This document shows, piece by piece, positions 50,965 to 63,389 of a DNA stretch of 64,000 bases; within the stretch, counting starts at the first letter, position 1, and every line of letters begins with the position of its first letter. The translations under genes were made by a program, and so were the position numbers. The stretch is from Octopus sinensis (taxonomy: Eukaryota). Location of the stretch: positions 19,902,001 through 19,966,000 of the forward strand of contig NC_043002.1 of assembly GCF_006345805.1 (NCBI RefSeq), read 5' to 3'. The notes under the pieces were generated by a model that saw only the letters and a program-made list of their open reading frames with translations, searched no databases and had not been told where the DNA came from.

Positions 50965-51210
50965 AAAGATCCTTCCTGGATCATATAGACTCATAGGGAT
51001 GGCTTCCGTCATGAATAAATGTTTCTGCCTTGGATGGGATGCCAGTCCATTGCAGGAATTACTCATTTTTGTCAGCTAAGTGGACTAGAACAACATGAAG
51101 TGAAGTGTTTTGCTCAAGAATACAACACATCACCTTGTCCAGGAATTGAAACCACAATCTTATGATCATGAGTCCAACACCTAAACCTCTAAGCCATGCT
51201 CCTCCACAAT
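50965..51210 (-). mobile_element. SINE family D
   Basis: Homologous to 2118-2360, CpG-decayed. Confidence 0.8.
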
Positions 51211-52253
51211 ATGTACTATTACTAGAGAAAACAGAAAAAATCTTTCAGTTTGCTTTATAGTGGAAAATTAGAAAAAAAAAAAAATCTTTATGTTCCTTAT
51301 TTAAAGGTTTATTTATTTATTCTGATATTACCATCATCATGACTGGTATCACCAAGAAGCTTTGTTAGCATCAAGAGCAGCTGAGCAAAAAATCTCTATT
51401 GATTTGCTTCAAACAAATATTCTTCAATTTGAAATGCACATGCATACATTAATGTGCATAAGAATCAGTTTATAGTTTTCTTGCTTTCTTGAATTTTTTT
51501 CTCTTTTAAACTCCTACATCTATGAAACGTTCCACTCTTTGTTACTTAACATTTAGTAGTGTAGTATTAGTAGTATTTTTGTGGTGGATGGTGGTGGTAA
51601 ATTGTTCTTAGTAAATCAATTGCCTGCCTGTACATATGCATCTGTGTCTGTGTGTGAGTGTGCATGGAGATATTCAAGTAATGATGATTAGACATAGGCA
51701 TTGTTATCAACTTTAGGAATTTCCTTTTGCTTTACTTGAAAACACTGTCAGCTGTTTGCATGATAAACTCACAAAGTGTGACACAGAGGCTTCTTGGACA
51801 TTAAAAAATGTGTGTTGTGTTTGAACATATAAATTACATACATTAATTTCAGTGGAAAGCTGTTTTAACACCAAGTCAGCTGTAATTGAACAAACCTATA
51901 CTCAAAGGTATTCAAATCCATGACCATTCAATTTCTCTCTTTCGCAACTTCATTGTTCCATATGTCCTTTCCATATAAGGAAGATTTGGTTGTTTTTTTT
52001 AGCAGGATGTTGAGGCTAGATTGTTATCTAGCATATGGTGAATGTGTGGAAAAGTAGAGCACCAGACTACATGCATTTCAGTACTTAGTTTTGTTCTAGT
52101 TTTGAAGATTGTTTGAGGTTGACAATATTTATATGTGCATATTGGGACTGCTAAATTACAAAGTCATAATAACCTCGAATTCAAATACCAGTTAACATAA
52201 GCACCATCATAGAATTTTTTTTTATACCTCGCTTTCTCTACTGACATGTGTAG

Positions 52254-52483
52254 GATGGTTCATTACAATCAGAGTGCATTGGGTGCATTTTATCGGTGTA
52301 CGAACACTAATGAGATTGTTATGTCCTTGGCTGGACTAAAAGGTTTTCTCCATCCTGTGTTGTCTTCAGTCAATGAGTATATTCTGGATGTATTTTATTA
52401 TGGCACCAATATTAGTGTGCTTGCTTTGTCCTCTACAAAAGGTCGTCCTCATCGCTGTGTGTTGTGTCCATATGGGATTGCAG
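52254..52483 (+). CDS. Internal coding exon of host gene 2, product unidentified
   Basis: Long pyrimidine tract and tgtag acceptor; 76 open codons MVHYNQSALGAFYRCTNTNEIVMSLAGLKGFLHPVLSSVNEYILDVFYYGTNISVLALSSTKGRPHRCVLCPYGIA; strong gcag|gtatga donor; no repeat similarity. An alternative acceptor ends at 52369. Confidence 0.6.
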
Positions 52484-52914
52484 GTATGACAGAGTGGGTG
52501 TGGCAAAGGGAACTGGGGATGAGAGGGGAGAAAAAGAGCATGTGAAAGACAGTGTGGAAAGAGGAAAAGTGATAAAAGTGATAAATAGCAGAATGTAATG
52601 AGAAAAATGGCAATTGTAGAAGTTAGTGGTAGTAGGAGCATGTCGTGTTTAGTTATAGAAATGAGCAGTGGAAAGAGTAAAAATGTATCCTCTCTCTCAC
52701 ACACTAAGTATATTCATTTTTATGTCTGCTTTTTCATGCTGGTATGAATTGGGTAAGACTTATGTTGTGGCAATATTCTATGGCTGCATGCTCTCCTGAT
52801 GCCCACACTTATTTTCAACCTATGTTGATCTATATAGCTGCCAATCTATTTATGTGGAACATAAACACACCATCTTCTGCTCATTCAAAAATAAAAGTAT
52901 TTTTTAAAAAATCA

Positions 52915-53687
52915 AAAAGGTATCAACTATATTATGGCTGGGAGATAACAGTTTACTCAAAGTATCCACCCTCAGCTTTGACCATCACCTCAAGTTGGAT
53001 CTGGAACCTAATGCATGCATTCCTCACTGTGTCCATGGGGAGATCTTCGAACACCTTGATCTTAGCTACCATCTTGGCCTTGGTGTTGCAGGTAGAGCAG
53101 TTGGTGTCTCTCTCAGCTGTGCCCCACACATAGTAATCCATGAGATAATAATCAGGGGAATTAGAGGCCAAATATTGGGACTGGTGAAGTCATAGGAATT
53201 CTCTGACAACCACTTCTGACTTTTTCTGGAAATATGGCCAGGAGCTGAATGCTGCTGTCACACATATGGTCTTCCAGCAGCAACCCTCTCCACCAGGATT
53301 TGACCACAGTCTCCAACAGCTTCACATAGGCATCTGAATTGAGCCTAAAGACCTGTTCAAAGATGTGGGGTGAGATGACATCATCCTCCCTGGAGTCACG
53401 CTTTGCTGTGTTCCTTCCTGCTGGTCATGTCTTTGTAGCCTCCATCGCAGCTTTTCATCTCACATCTTACAGCCTTTACAGGTTTCACAGAACATCGAGC
53501 AGCCAAAATCATCATGACACAGGTAACTCTTTCCCAATATTCAGATGGCTTCCAGTCCTTTGTGTCAGCTAACTTTTTCTCAACTACAACTTTAATCTTT
53601 ATGCTTTCCTGACTGTTCACCAATACATCAAACTTTTCATAGAAAAAAGAAGACATAAAATTTGTCAAATTTGGCTTGAACACCCTA
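52915..53687 (-). mobile_element. Internally deleted Tc1/mariner (maT/DD37D-like) element with pseudogenised transposase
   Basis: Terminus ta|tagggtgttcaagccaaattt; motifs PHIFEQ..RLNSDAYV, QQHSAPGH, W(P)NSPD..MDYYVWG, EAEGGYFE-like end; second TIR not found. Confidence 0.8.
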
Positions 53688-53978
53688 TATATGACCTAAT
53701 GAGAGGGGTCACCTCTAGTGTGAACCTAGAAAAAAAAAATAGCCAAATCTCCATCAAACTATAAACTAGATCCTCCAAGAGTTTGGAATGGTATGAGAGT
53801 CACCATCAAATAGATGTCACATGTCCTGGGTGTCTTGTTAGGGAAATTTGCTGGATATGTTTCATTCCCAGAATTCCCCTGAAACCAACTGCTATACTAC
53901 TTCAGTTTAAAATTTACATTTCCCTCAGCCTCAGCTTCATCATGACCACCAAGGTATCTCAAAGATAATTGTTAAAAG

Positions 53979-54032
53979 TTGTTGAACGCATGGATAAACT
54001 GTCATGCAAAAATTATGATCAGCTTCATTTTG
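53979..54032 (+). CDS. Candidate phase 1-1 exon of gene 2 (VERMDKLSCKNYDQLHF)
   Basis: Open frame and tttg|gtaatc donor; weak acceptor. Confidence 0.2.
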
Positions 54033-54160
54033 GTAATCCAAGAGTTTAAAACCCTGATAGCCTCTTTATCAAAGAATCATAGGGCAAAACCTATTCTGTG
54101 AAAAGAAGCAGAAATTTATTTTATTAGTTAATGAGTTTGTAAAGTGTGTCAAAATTAGTA

Positions 54161-54726
54161 TTGGGTTGTCCGGAAAGTTTGTGCTGATTTATAGTAGCTT
54201 ATCTTTCGACTTATTTTAGAACATGGTTGAGTCCATAAAATAGGATTTGACTACATCTCCATTTAGAGCACAATTTAAGCTATCTTTTCATGGAGGAAGA
54301 TTAATGCTCCTATAACCTGTGTTAATTCTGTAACCCTTTAAAATGGAAGATAAGAAAGTTCATTTTCGGCATTTGATGCTTTGGGAACCAGACAAAAATT
54401 GCTGCAGCTTGGCTAGGATGTGTTACCCCACTCTCTATATTCACCAGATATTGCTTCTTCGGATTTCCACTTATTCAGGTCTCTGCAGAATAGTCTTAAT
54501 GGTAAAAATTTCAATTCCTTGGATGATGTAAAAAGATACCTTGATGAATTCTTTGCCATGAAACCACCTCAATTCTGGGAAGAGGATATTTTCAAGTTAA
54601 AGGAAAGATGGAGACGCATCGTGCAACAAAATGGTTCATATTTGGTTGATTAAAGATGTAATAGCAAGTATTTATTGACCTTTTTCTTTCCTTTAAAAAT
54701 CGTCACGAACTTTCCGGACAACCCAA
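54161..54726 (+). mobile_element. Internally deleted mariner (DD34D) element
   Basis: ta|ttgggttgtccggaaagttt...aactttccggacaacccaa|ta ~30-bp TIRs; MEDKKVHFRHLMLW N-terminus fused to HSLYSPDIASSDFHLFRSLQNSL...WRRIVQQNGSY C-terminus. Confidence 0.92.
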
Positions 54727-55689
54727 TACATTGCTGCATGATGTTACTTTGATACAATAGCCAGGCAGTGCTTGGTATCTCTCTGCTTGTGATTGAGAAA
54801 ACCTTCAATGCCAGATTAAAAAATTATGCAATGGTTAAATCCTGGTAGATTTGATTTATTTTACATCTGTTGTATTTGTGTGTTGATTTTCTTTTATTTG
54901 TATTTTGTTTGTAGTAAAGCTTGTATAGTTATCCAGCTTTTCCTTTTTTGTGGATACATGCATATACTCTGTCTGTCTCACACACACACACACATGCACT
55001 CACTTCTGTTCTCTCATTACAATCCCACTGCATGCTTTACAGATATTTGGTTTACAATCTTTGGCGACATTTTTAATAATTATCCATAAACATGTAAATT
55101 CTACATTATCACCGTCATTCTGCATCAAATTGTAGTGCTGTCATCTAAAATTTTTTTATCTAATTATATTTTGTGTACTGTATGATAATGATATTATAAA
55201 ATCATGATGGCTCATTGTGATTAATGCTTGAAAACATTAACATGAAATTGTCATACTTATTTACAACTTTTACTCAATTACATTGAATATCTAAAATATG
55301 CTTTGTATTCTGTAAAATCTGTCTGGAGCCAATAGGCTCATCTCAGTTTCTGAGATGTTTAAGTGAAAGGGAGAATGTCTCTGAACAGGACACTAGTCTG
55401 TTGTGAGATTAACCCTGAGCTGCTGCTACTGGTACTCATTTTCATCTGAGTAGACTGGAGTTACATACAATAAAGTGTCTTGCTCAAGGATACAACACAC
55501 TGTGGGGATCAAACTCACACCCTAGCCAATAAGTCATGTGCTTATATATATGTATATATATATGTGTGTGTGTGTGTTGTCCTGTTTTTCATTTGTTTCT
55601 CTCGTTTGCGTATTTAACCCATTTGTTTTCGTGTTTCATGTTGTTTACACAGTTGGTGGGATCCTGTACCCATATAGGCATATATATAT

Positions 55690-56565
55690 ATATATATATA
55701 TATTACATACGTGGGAAATTCTGTCTATAGGTGTGTTTGTGAAGTTGTTAGCTAACTCCTCCTACATTGTTTTATTGATTTTAATGAAACTTGACATGTG
55801 AGTAGAACTTGTGTGGAAACCTCATGGCATACTCAGATTGTTGAAAAAATCGATAATAGAGCCCTTGGAAGGGATCCTTATATATATCTAATATATTTCA
55901 TTTTAATAGCCAAGGGAAATAACCCATTCATTTTCCTAAATCATTTGGTGTAAATCAAATTGAGTATGCTTATTTCTTAGTATTTGAACTGTTAGAGTTA
56001 TTTTCACAATTTATCCTGTACAACCCTTAAAGAAGTAAATAGTATTTTCCTAAAGAATAGATCCACTTATTTCGGTTAGTGACTTATTCACGAATATACC
56101 AACACTAGCGCCCCTGAGGGTAATATTCTCTGGGAACACACAAAAGCCCTTTTCAGAGTTATTTTCTTTGAATTGTTATTATCTCATATCTGATTAGCTT
56201 GTTATTACGTAACATGCTTCACGATTTTAGTATACATACCTTATTAGTATTTCCTCCTAAGTTCTATATACTCTGGGAATGCATTAAAGCCCTTTTCAGG
56301 GCTACTTTATTTGAATTCTTACTATTGGGTAACTAATTTCATGTTATTACATAACTGACTTCACAATTTGGCTATTCATAACTTATTGGAAATTCCTAAA
56401 AACAAAATCCTGTGTAAGACAGTTTGGTATTCTCTGTAAATGCACAAAAATTGTTTTAAGGGTTACGTACTTTGTATTATTGTTGTTGGATAAGTGAAAC
56501 AATTATGAGAATGGAACGAAGGGATAAGCCGCACTTTCCCGGGAATTACTGGGTATGTCAGCTAG
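55690..56565 (+). mobile_element. Non-autonomous Helitron-like element with three internal ~150-bp subrepeats
   Basis: 3' hairpin cccgggaattactggg then cagctag|t; subrepeats around Ytctctgggaa...aaagcccttttcag; 5' end lost in (TA)n. Confidence 0.6.
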
Positions 56566-56577
56566 TATGTATGTATG

Positions 56578-56610
<33 letters not shown>

Positions 56611-56671
56611 ATTTAAAATTTATATTATTATTTGATTGAATGCTAAGCATCCATTTCCAAGTAAGTATGTG

Positions 56672-56702
<31 letters not shown>

Positions 56703-57510
56703 TCATTCATGCATATATATATATATATATTCATTCATGCATACCCTCTCTCTCTCTCTCGCACACTACACTCTTCTTTTAGCTCATTACAAGCCCTGTG
56801 GCAAGCTTTACAGGCATATTTTGTTTACAACCGTTGACAACATTTTTAATAATTATCTAGAAACATGCAGTTTCTACATTATCAACATCCTATTGTTTTA
56901 ATGTCCACTTTTCCATGCTCACTTGGGTTTTACAGTTTGTTGAGGTAGATTTTCTCTGGCCATGTGCCTTTCACCTATTTTCATGTAGGTTGATATTTCT
57001 CCATAACTCAATAAATTTTCATGGAGAATTAAAACTGGATACCACTTTTGTAATAGTGGCACTCAATTAGCAACTATTACAAAATGTGAAGGCAGGTTGA
57101 CACCCCATCCCCTACACACATACAGACATAGATATATGACAGACTTCTTCCAGTTTCTGTCCAACAAATCCACTTGCAAGGATTTGGGACAACCTGAAGC
57201 TGTAATAGAAGGCATTTGTGCATGGCACCAAGCAGTGAGACAACCCAGAACCATGTGGTTGGAAATCAGTCTTCTTGACCACACAGCCATGCCTGCACCC
57301 TTTTATTATAATTTATTTACTTTTTTTTTCTATATGTGTATTTTATTCCTCAACTCTTTTCTGATCTTTACTCTCCACTGTTTTATCAAATAGAAATTGC
57401 TTTTAACTTACTGAATAAAATCAGTTGTACCCCACTACACCTAATTAGAACTTAGGAAATTCCAGTATTTCTTGCATTTCTATTATCTACTGGATTCCCT
57501 TGTTCTGTAG

Positions 57511-57546
57511 ATCACTTGTCTGATGATCAGAAACAAGAATCCTGGG
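57511..57546 (+). CDS. Candidate phase 1-1 exon of gene 2 (HLSDDQKQESW)
   Basis: ttcccttgttctgtag acceptor and tggg|gtaaca donor, open frame. Confidence 0.3.
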
Positions 57547-57581
57547 GTAACAATTTGTGAGGTTTTCAGCTTCCAAGTACC

Positions 57582-58347
57582 TTGAGAGAAATGTTGTACC
57601 TAAGAAGCATCAGTTGTGGTGTGCAAGAGAGACGATTGCGCTGGTATGGTCATGTGGCAAGAATGGATGAAGATAGGTGTGTGAGAAAGTGCCAATCCCT
57701 AGCAGTTGAGGGAACCCGTGGAAGAGGTAGACCCAGGAAAACCTGGGACAAGGTGGTGAAGAACGACCTTCGAACTTTAGGCCTCATTGAGGAAATGACC
57801 AGCGACCGAGACCTTTGGAAATATGCTGTACGTGAGAAGACCAGGCAGGTCAAGTGAGCCCAGCCCACTTATGCATGCCTTTCCTCCCTTGGACACAAAG
57901 ACCTGTTGAGGCAAGCGAAGTCAATATAGAACCTCATCCAACGACAGGCACCCATGCCAACCCCCTTTGCTTGCGAAGACATGTTGGGGCAAGCGAAATC
58001 GAAATCGAATTGAACCAGCCAGGATCCCTGGTCTGGTGGTACGTAAAAAGCACTATCCGACTCGTGGCCGATGCCAGCGCTGCCTCGACTGGCCTCCGTG
58101 CCGGTGGCACGTAAAATACACCAATCCGACCGTGGCTGTTGCCAGCCTTGCCTGGCACCTGTGCAGGTGGCACGTAAAAAGCACCCACTACACTCACGGA
58201 GTGGTTGGCGTTAGGAAGGGCATCCAGCTGTAGAAACATTGCCAGATAAGACTGGAGTCTGGTGCAGCCTTCTGGCTTCCCAGATCCCCGGTCGAACCGT
58301 CCAACCCATGCTAGCATGGAGAACGGACGTTAAACGATGATGATGAT
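57582..58347 (+). mobile_element. 5'-truncated RTE LINE: ORF2 C-terminus + 3'UTR + (GAT)n tail
   Basis: RRLRWYGHVARMDEDRCVRKCQSLAVEGTRGRGRPRKTW...DRDLWKYAV (RTE signature), stop at 57857, tail gttaaacgatgatgatgat. Confidence 0.92.
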
Positions 58348-59081
58348 ATATGTGTCTAGTTTTTCATTATACAACAGGCAGGTGAAATTCAATCTTTATT
58401 CTTCCTCTTGTTTATGCTTATTTTCTGAATTAATCAGAAAAAAAAAAAAAGGATAAGAAATTCATTCAAACAAGCCATCCAAACTGTTAACTGGATTAAT
58501 TTGCTAATTCATTAACCCTCCTACTTTCCTCTCTCAATATCTTTGCACTTCTTTTTCTCTTTCTTTCCCTGTTGGGGATTTTTCCTGTTATTTGTTTTTC
58601 AATCTGCTGCTCTTCAGGCTTTGCTCATTTCATGTTTCAGTCTTTCTATTTTTCACTTGTTCTTTCCTCCTTCTCCCTCCTTCCCCTGTATTCTTGCTTT
58701 CTCTTATTCTTTCTATTAAAAAAAACAACTTTTTTTTTTACATTTCCATTAACTGACTATTTTATTTGTCCACTTGAGTATCTCTCATTCATTCATTCAT
58801 TTATTCCTTCATTCATCTGTTTTTCTAACATTCTATTTTCCTCATGATGATAATTCTTTTTCATTCACATATTTTACTAACTTAATTTCCTTTTCATTAT
58901 TTTTCTTCTGTTCTTCTAATTTACCCCTCTTTTTCCTCATTCCTTATTTCCTGTCTTTCTTTAACTCCTTATTCAACTTTAATCCTTTCTTTTTTCTTTC
59001 TTCCATCCATTTTTACTCAGCCTACCCCTGCATCTCTCTCTTCCGCTCTTACAAATGCACACGTTTTCTTTGATCATTTTA

Positions 59082-59127
<46 letters not shown>

Positions 59128-60378
59128 CTCTTTCCTCTCTTGTTTTACTAACACCCAACTGATGTCACTTTCACATCAGTATATTCACTCTTACTACCTT
59201 CTTCTTTGCTCTTTTCCTCCCCTTCTAGGCTCTTTCTGTTTTTCTCTCTCTATACAACCAACTATACATGCTCTACTGATGACAATGTCTCCAAGTATCA
59301 CCAATAATTAAATCTCATGTTTCTCCCTCTTCTCAAATCAGATCAATATTTTGCATTGTGAGACATTCGTTGTCTATAAAACACTACTTGTTGAATTAAA
59401 TCAGAATTCTGCCTAGTCAGTGGCAAAGCTTACCAACTGCTTTCTGGGGGGGGGGAAAAAAGGAAAAAAAAAGGTCTTTCCTCTCCCATTTAATCTACAG
59501 TGTTCCATAGATTGAAATTTCTCTTCCTCAACTGACTTAATGAATAAGCTATAGCATTATTACTCAATCTTATTTCGGTAGTTGAATATTAATATTATTA
59601 AATATTTTTTCATTTGTGTATATTTTTAAAAATATTCTTTTTCATTATTCTTTTATCTCTCTTTCTTACTCTCTTGTAATCATCTCTTCTAAGAATCTTT
59701 ACTATTCTTAACCTTTATCCAAAGATGACTCAATAGATTGGTTTCTGGAATTTTGTAATTTTGTTCTTACTTGCCGTCTGTATCATCATCATCATCATCA
59801 TCTTCTTCTTCCTTTACTAACCATTTCCCATGCTGGCATGGGTTGGACGAAAGCTGGACTAAGTTCCATTCTCATTTTGCTCAGTTTCTATGGCTGGCTG
59901 CTCACTTTACAAAGTGTGCTTGGGTGCCTTTTACATGAAACTTTCACAAGTGCTTTTTATGTGGCACTGGTACAGATACTTTTTACATGGCACTGGATCC
60001 TTGAACTAATTTCAGATGTTTGATTTTTATTAGTCATTGGTCTTTAGGTTTCTCTTTTAAATTTGTTTCCTTTGGACACAAGGCTGCTTGTTCAGAAAGA
60101 GAAGTGGAGTTGTTGATTGAATCAACCCCTTTTTACTACTGCTACAATGCTCCCAATGAAGAATGTACAACAGACTTGACTTTGATGGAATTTCAAATGT
60201 AGAAGTGAAACAGAGAGAGGTGTGACTACATAATGTAATGATTTTAGTCTTCTGCTCATTTATTTTCATAACCTTTTATATTTATTAATTAGCTTAAAAG
60301 CCGCACTGTGTGAACTTTAAGCTAGCTCCTGCAGAGAGCTAATTGGGCTTGTGGTTCAAAACTAAAGAGAGTGATAAT

Positions 60379-60683
60379 CACGGCTGTGGAGTTGAAACAA
60401 AAAACTTCGACTCTGACTCAGACTCCTGTACTATTGGCAACTCTGATTCTGACTCTGACTCCTCTTTATGTAATTAAGTGATTGTGGTCTACATATCTCA
60501 TAAAGCATATGCATACTATTGTACATTGAGTTGGCCTATATGTTATAACTGATTTATATTAAAGAATAAAGACATTGTGAGTCGAAATCAGAGTCAGTAT
60601 AGTTTTACCAACTCCGACTCCAGCTTCCCCTTAATTGTTTCTGATTCTGACTTCAACTCCACGACTCCAACTCCACATCCCTG
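60379..60683. mobile_element. hAT MITE with GACTCY subterminal repeats and perfect 8-bp TSD
   Basis: gtgataat|cacggctgtggagttg ... caactccacatccctg|gtgataat. Confidence 0.9.
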
Positions 60684-60834
60684 GTGATAATAATAAAGCA
60701 TTTATTGATACTTTTCCAATATGGTATAACTTTAAATTCAGTTTCAATGAAAAACTTCTAACTTCACAAACTTTTTGAGTTCTTTTAAAATTTTAAATAG
60801 AAGATACATACATACATACATACATATATATATA

Positions 60835-61170
60835 TATCATCATCATCGTTTAACATCCGCTTTCCATGCTAGCATGGGTTGGACGATTTGACTGAGGTCT
60901 GGCAATCCAGATGGCTGCACAAGACTCCAATCTGATCTGGCAGAGTTTTTACAGCTGGATGCCCATCCTAATGCCAACCACTCCAAGAGTGTAGTGAGTG
61001 CTTTTATGTGCTACAGGCACGAGGGCCAGTCCAGCGGTACTGGCAATGGCCACGCTCAAATGGTGCTTTTTCTGTGCCACCTGCACAGGAGCCAGTCTAG
61101 CGGCACTGGCAATGACCTCGTTCAAATGTTTTTTCACGTGCCACCAGCACAAGTGCCAGTAAGGCGACGC

Positions 61171-61208
<38 letters not shown>

Positions 61209-61665
61209 CACACACACACACTCACACATGTATGTGTGTATGTATTGTGACTTTGTGTCTGTCCCCCACCACCGCTTGATAACTGATGTTGCTGTGTTTA
61301 CGTTCACATAACTTAGTGGATTGGTAAAAGAGGCCAATAAAAAAAGTACCAGGCATAAAAAAGAAATAACTGATGTCGAATTGTTTGATTAAAATTCTTC
61401 AAGGCTGTTGTCTAATGATTGAAAAAGATAAATACTTGGTGATCCTGTCAGTGCAGGTGCCACTTAAAAGCACTCAGTCCACACTGTAAAGTGGTTGGTG
61501 TTTAGAAGAGTATCCAGCTGTTAAAATCTCGCCAAAACTGACCTTGCCATCCTGCCAAAACAGTTACAGAAGTCTGGTACAGGCTTCTGTCTGGCTGGAT
61601 CTTGTTAAACTGTCCCACTCATACCAGCTTGGAAGGCAGATGTTAAATGCTGATAATGATGATGA
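60835..61665. mobile_element. Inverted pair of RTE tails (- 60835-61170; + 61450-61665) around a SINE B fragment
   Basis: RTE tail motif in both orientations. Confidence 0.75.
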
Positions 61666-62189
61666 TGAACCACTAAATTCCTTAGTAAAACTTAAAGCTA
61701 AGGAAGGTAACTCTTGTACCTCTGATGGTCTCTCTGTTAGAAATAGCAATCCCAATGCCGGATGTTGAAGAATTAAATGAAGGGCAGATTTTCAATCCTG
61801 GGATCATTTTGATTCCAAGGGGGTATAATATGTCTATGTTGAGCAAATGTAGGCTGAGATATAGGGGTCCCAGACAAACAGAATTTCACTTTTATTAATA
61901 TAGATGAACAGCTTGTTTCATAGGTGTTTGGTTTATTTAGTAGGCAGGCTATATTTGCTTAATGCATTGTAAACCTATCTTTTTGAAGAATTGAGAAACC
62001 TGAGATTTTTAAGTAAAAAAAAAAAGAGGAAATTGTAAATTTTTTTTGTTGTTATATCCAAAAACATAAGTAGCATAAGTGGATTGGCGTCAGTCAGAAA
62101 TCAAAACTATATTACAGATTTCACTCATTACTGAATATCATGGAAACTCTCTGATGTACAAAACTGAGGTAAAATTGCTGGGCCAGAAA

Positions 62190-62560
62190 ATCTGAAAGAT
62201 CATACTTTCTCCAGAACACAGATAAGACTTGCAATGGCAAATGTGGTAGACCACATCCAGAAGACAATCCAACTGATTGGCAAAGACTTACTTTCCAATA
62301 CGCATCAACTTCTGGTTCACAAATGTGCTCTTGCCTCTCATTGTCTATTTTATAACATATATAATGGCCTTCGTTCTTCAGAGCTAGCTAATCGCATACT
62401 ACCTCTACCTGTCTCTTCTTACACCACACCTACTGTGTCTCACCTGCAGTTTCCTACATTAACCAATTAATTTCCTTTCCAGAGCATAAACCTTCTGGAA
62501 TACTCTTGTTTTTCCTGCAGATATCTACTTGAGGCATTCAAGGTGAATTTCCTAAGTATT
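62190..62560 (+). mobile_element. CR1-like LINE ORF2 C-terminal remnant
   Basis: VDHIQKTIQLIG...LVHKCALASHCLFYNIYNGLRSSELA...LWNT. Confidence 0.7.
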
Positions 62561-62631
62561 TTTAGCGGACCTACAAAGGTCATGGGTACTGTCCTTTCCT
62601 CTTCAATTATCCATAAAAGATATATTATAAA

Positions 62632-62931
62632 CTAGCAGTATTGCCCGGCGTTGCTCGGGTTTGTAAGGGAAATAACTATATAAGCATTTTTAGAGAGTTA
62701 CTTCCCTTATATAATAGCAAAAAAATGCATTAAAAATGGGAAATAATGATGGTAAATTTTTTTAAAAAATCGTAGACTCATCGTAGACATGCACTAATAC
62801 CCAGAAGGGCTCGATATGAACCACGACTATAAGATACCCACTTTTGGTTAAACTGCACCGCAAAATGTGGGAGTGGTTAGGAATCTAAATCGTAGGAGAC
62901 AGACACACAACTTCACTTTTATATATAAAGA
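62632..62931 (-). mobile_element. Non-autonomous Helitron
   Basis: a|tctttatatataaaag ... acccgagcaacgccgggcaatactgctag|t: TC start, GC hairpin, CTAG end, A^T insertion. Confidence 0.85.
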
Positions 62932-63389
62932 TTGTCAAAAATTTAATGTATTTGAGGATTAGGTATAGTAGTAGTGGTGGTGATGTTGGTGGTAGTAGTG
63001 AATGTGGTAATGGTATTAGTAGCACTTGTAATAGCCGTGGGTGCTGTGGTAATGCTGGTAGTGTTCTGTTACTAGTTTTCCAAGTACATCCTTGCTCTGA
63101 GTCATGTTTTGGTCTCAATAAAGAACATTATTAGCATAATCTTTGACAGGAAATGGTAAAGTTGGTAGAGCAGCTGATTAAATACTTTTGTTGTATTTAG
63201 TTGCATTCTGCATTCAAATCCCTTCAAGGTCAACTTTGTCGTCCATCCAGGATCGATAAAGTAAAGATATGAAATACACAAAGTCAGTTAAACCAGTTGT
63301 GAATCTACATTTACACAGTAGATTGGTTCTGCAAGTTACTGTGCAAATTGAAATCATGTAAATTGAGGGAGATATGTTTATAAGGATTT

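Noticed and set aside
51332-51879. Minus-strand micro-exons DLVLKQLSTEIN / LLLMLTKLLGDTSHDD
   Set aside because: The upstream acceptor overlaps a common dispersed repeat and conflicts with the better-supported plus-strand gene
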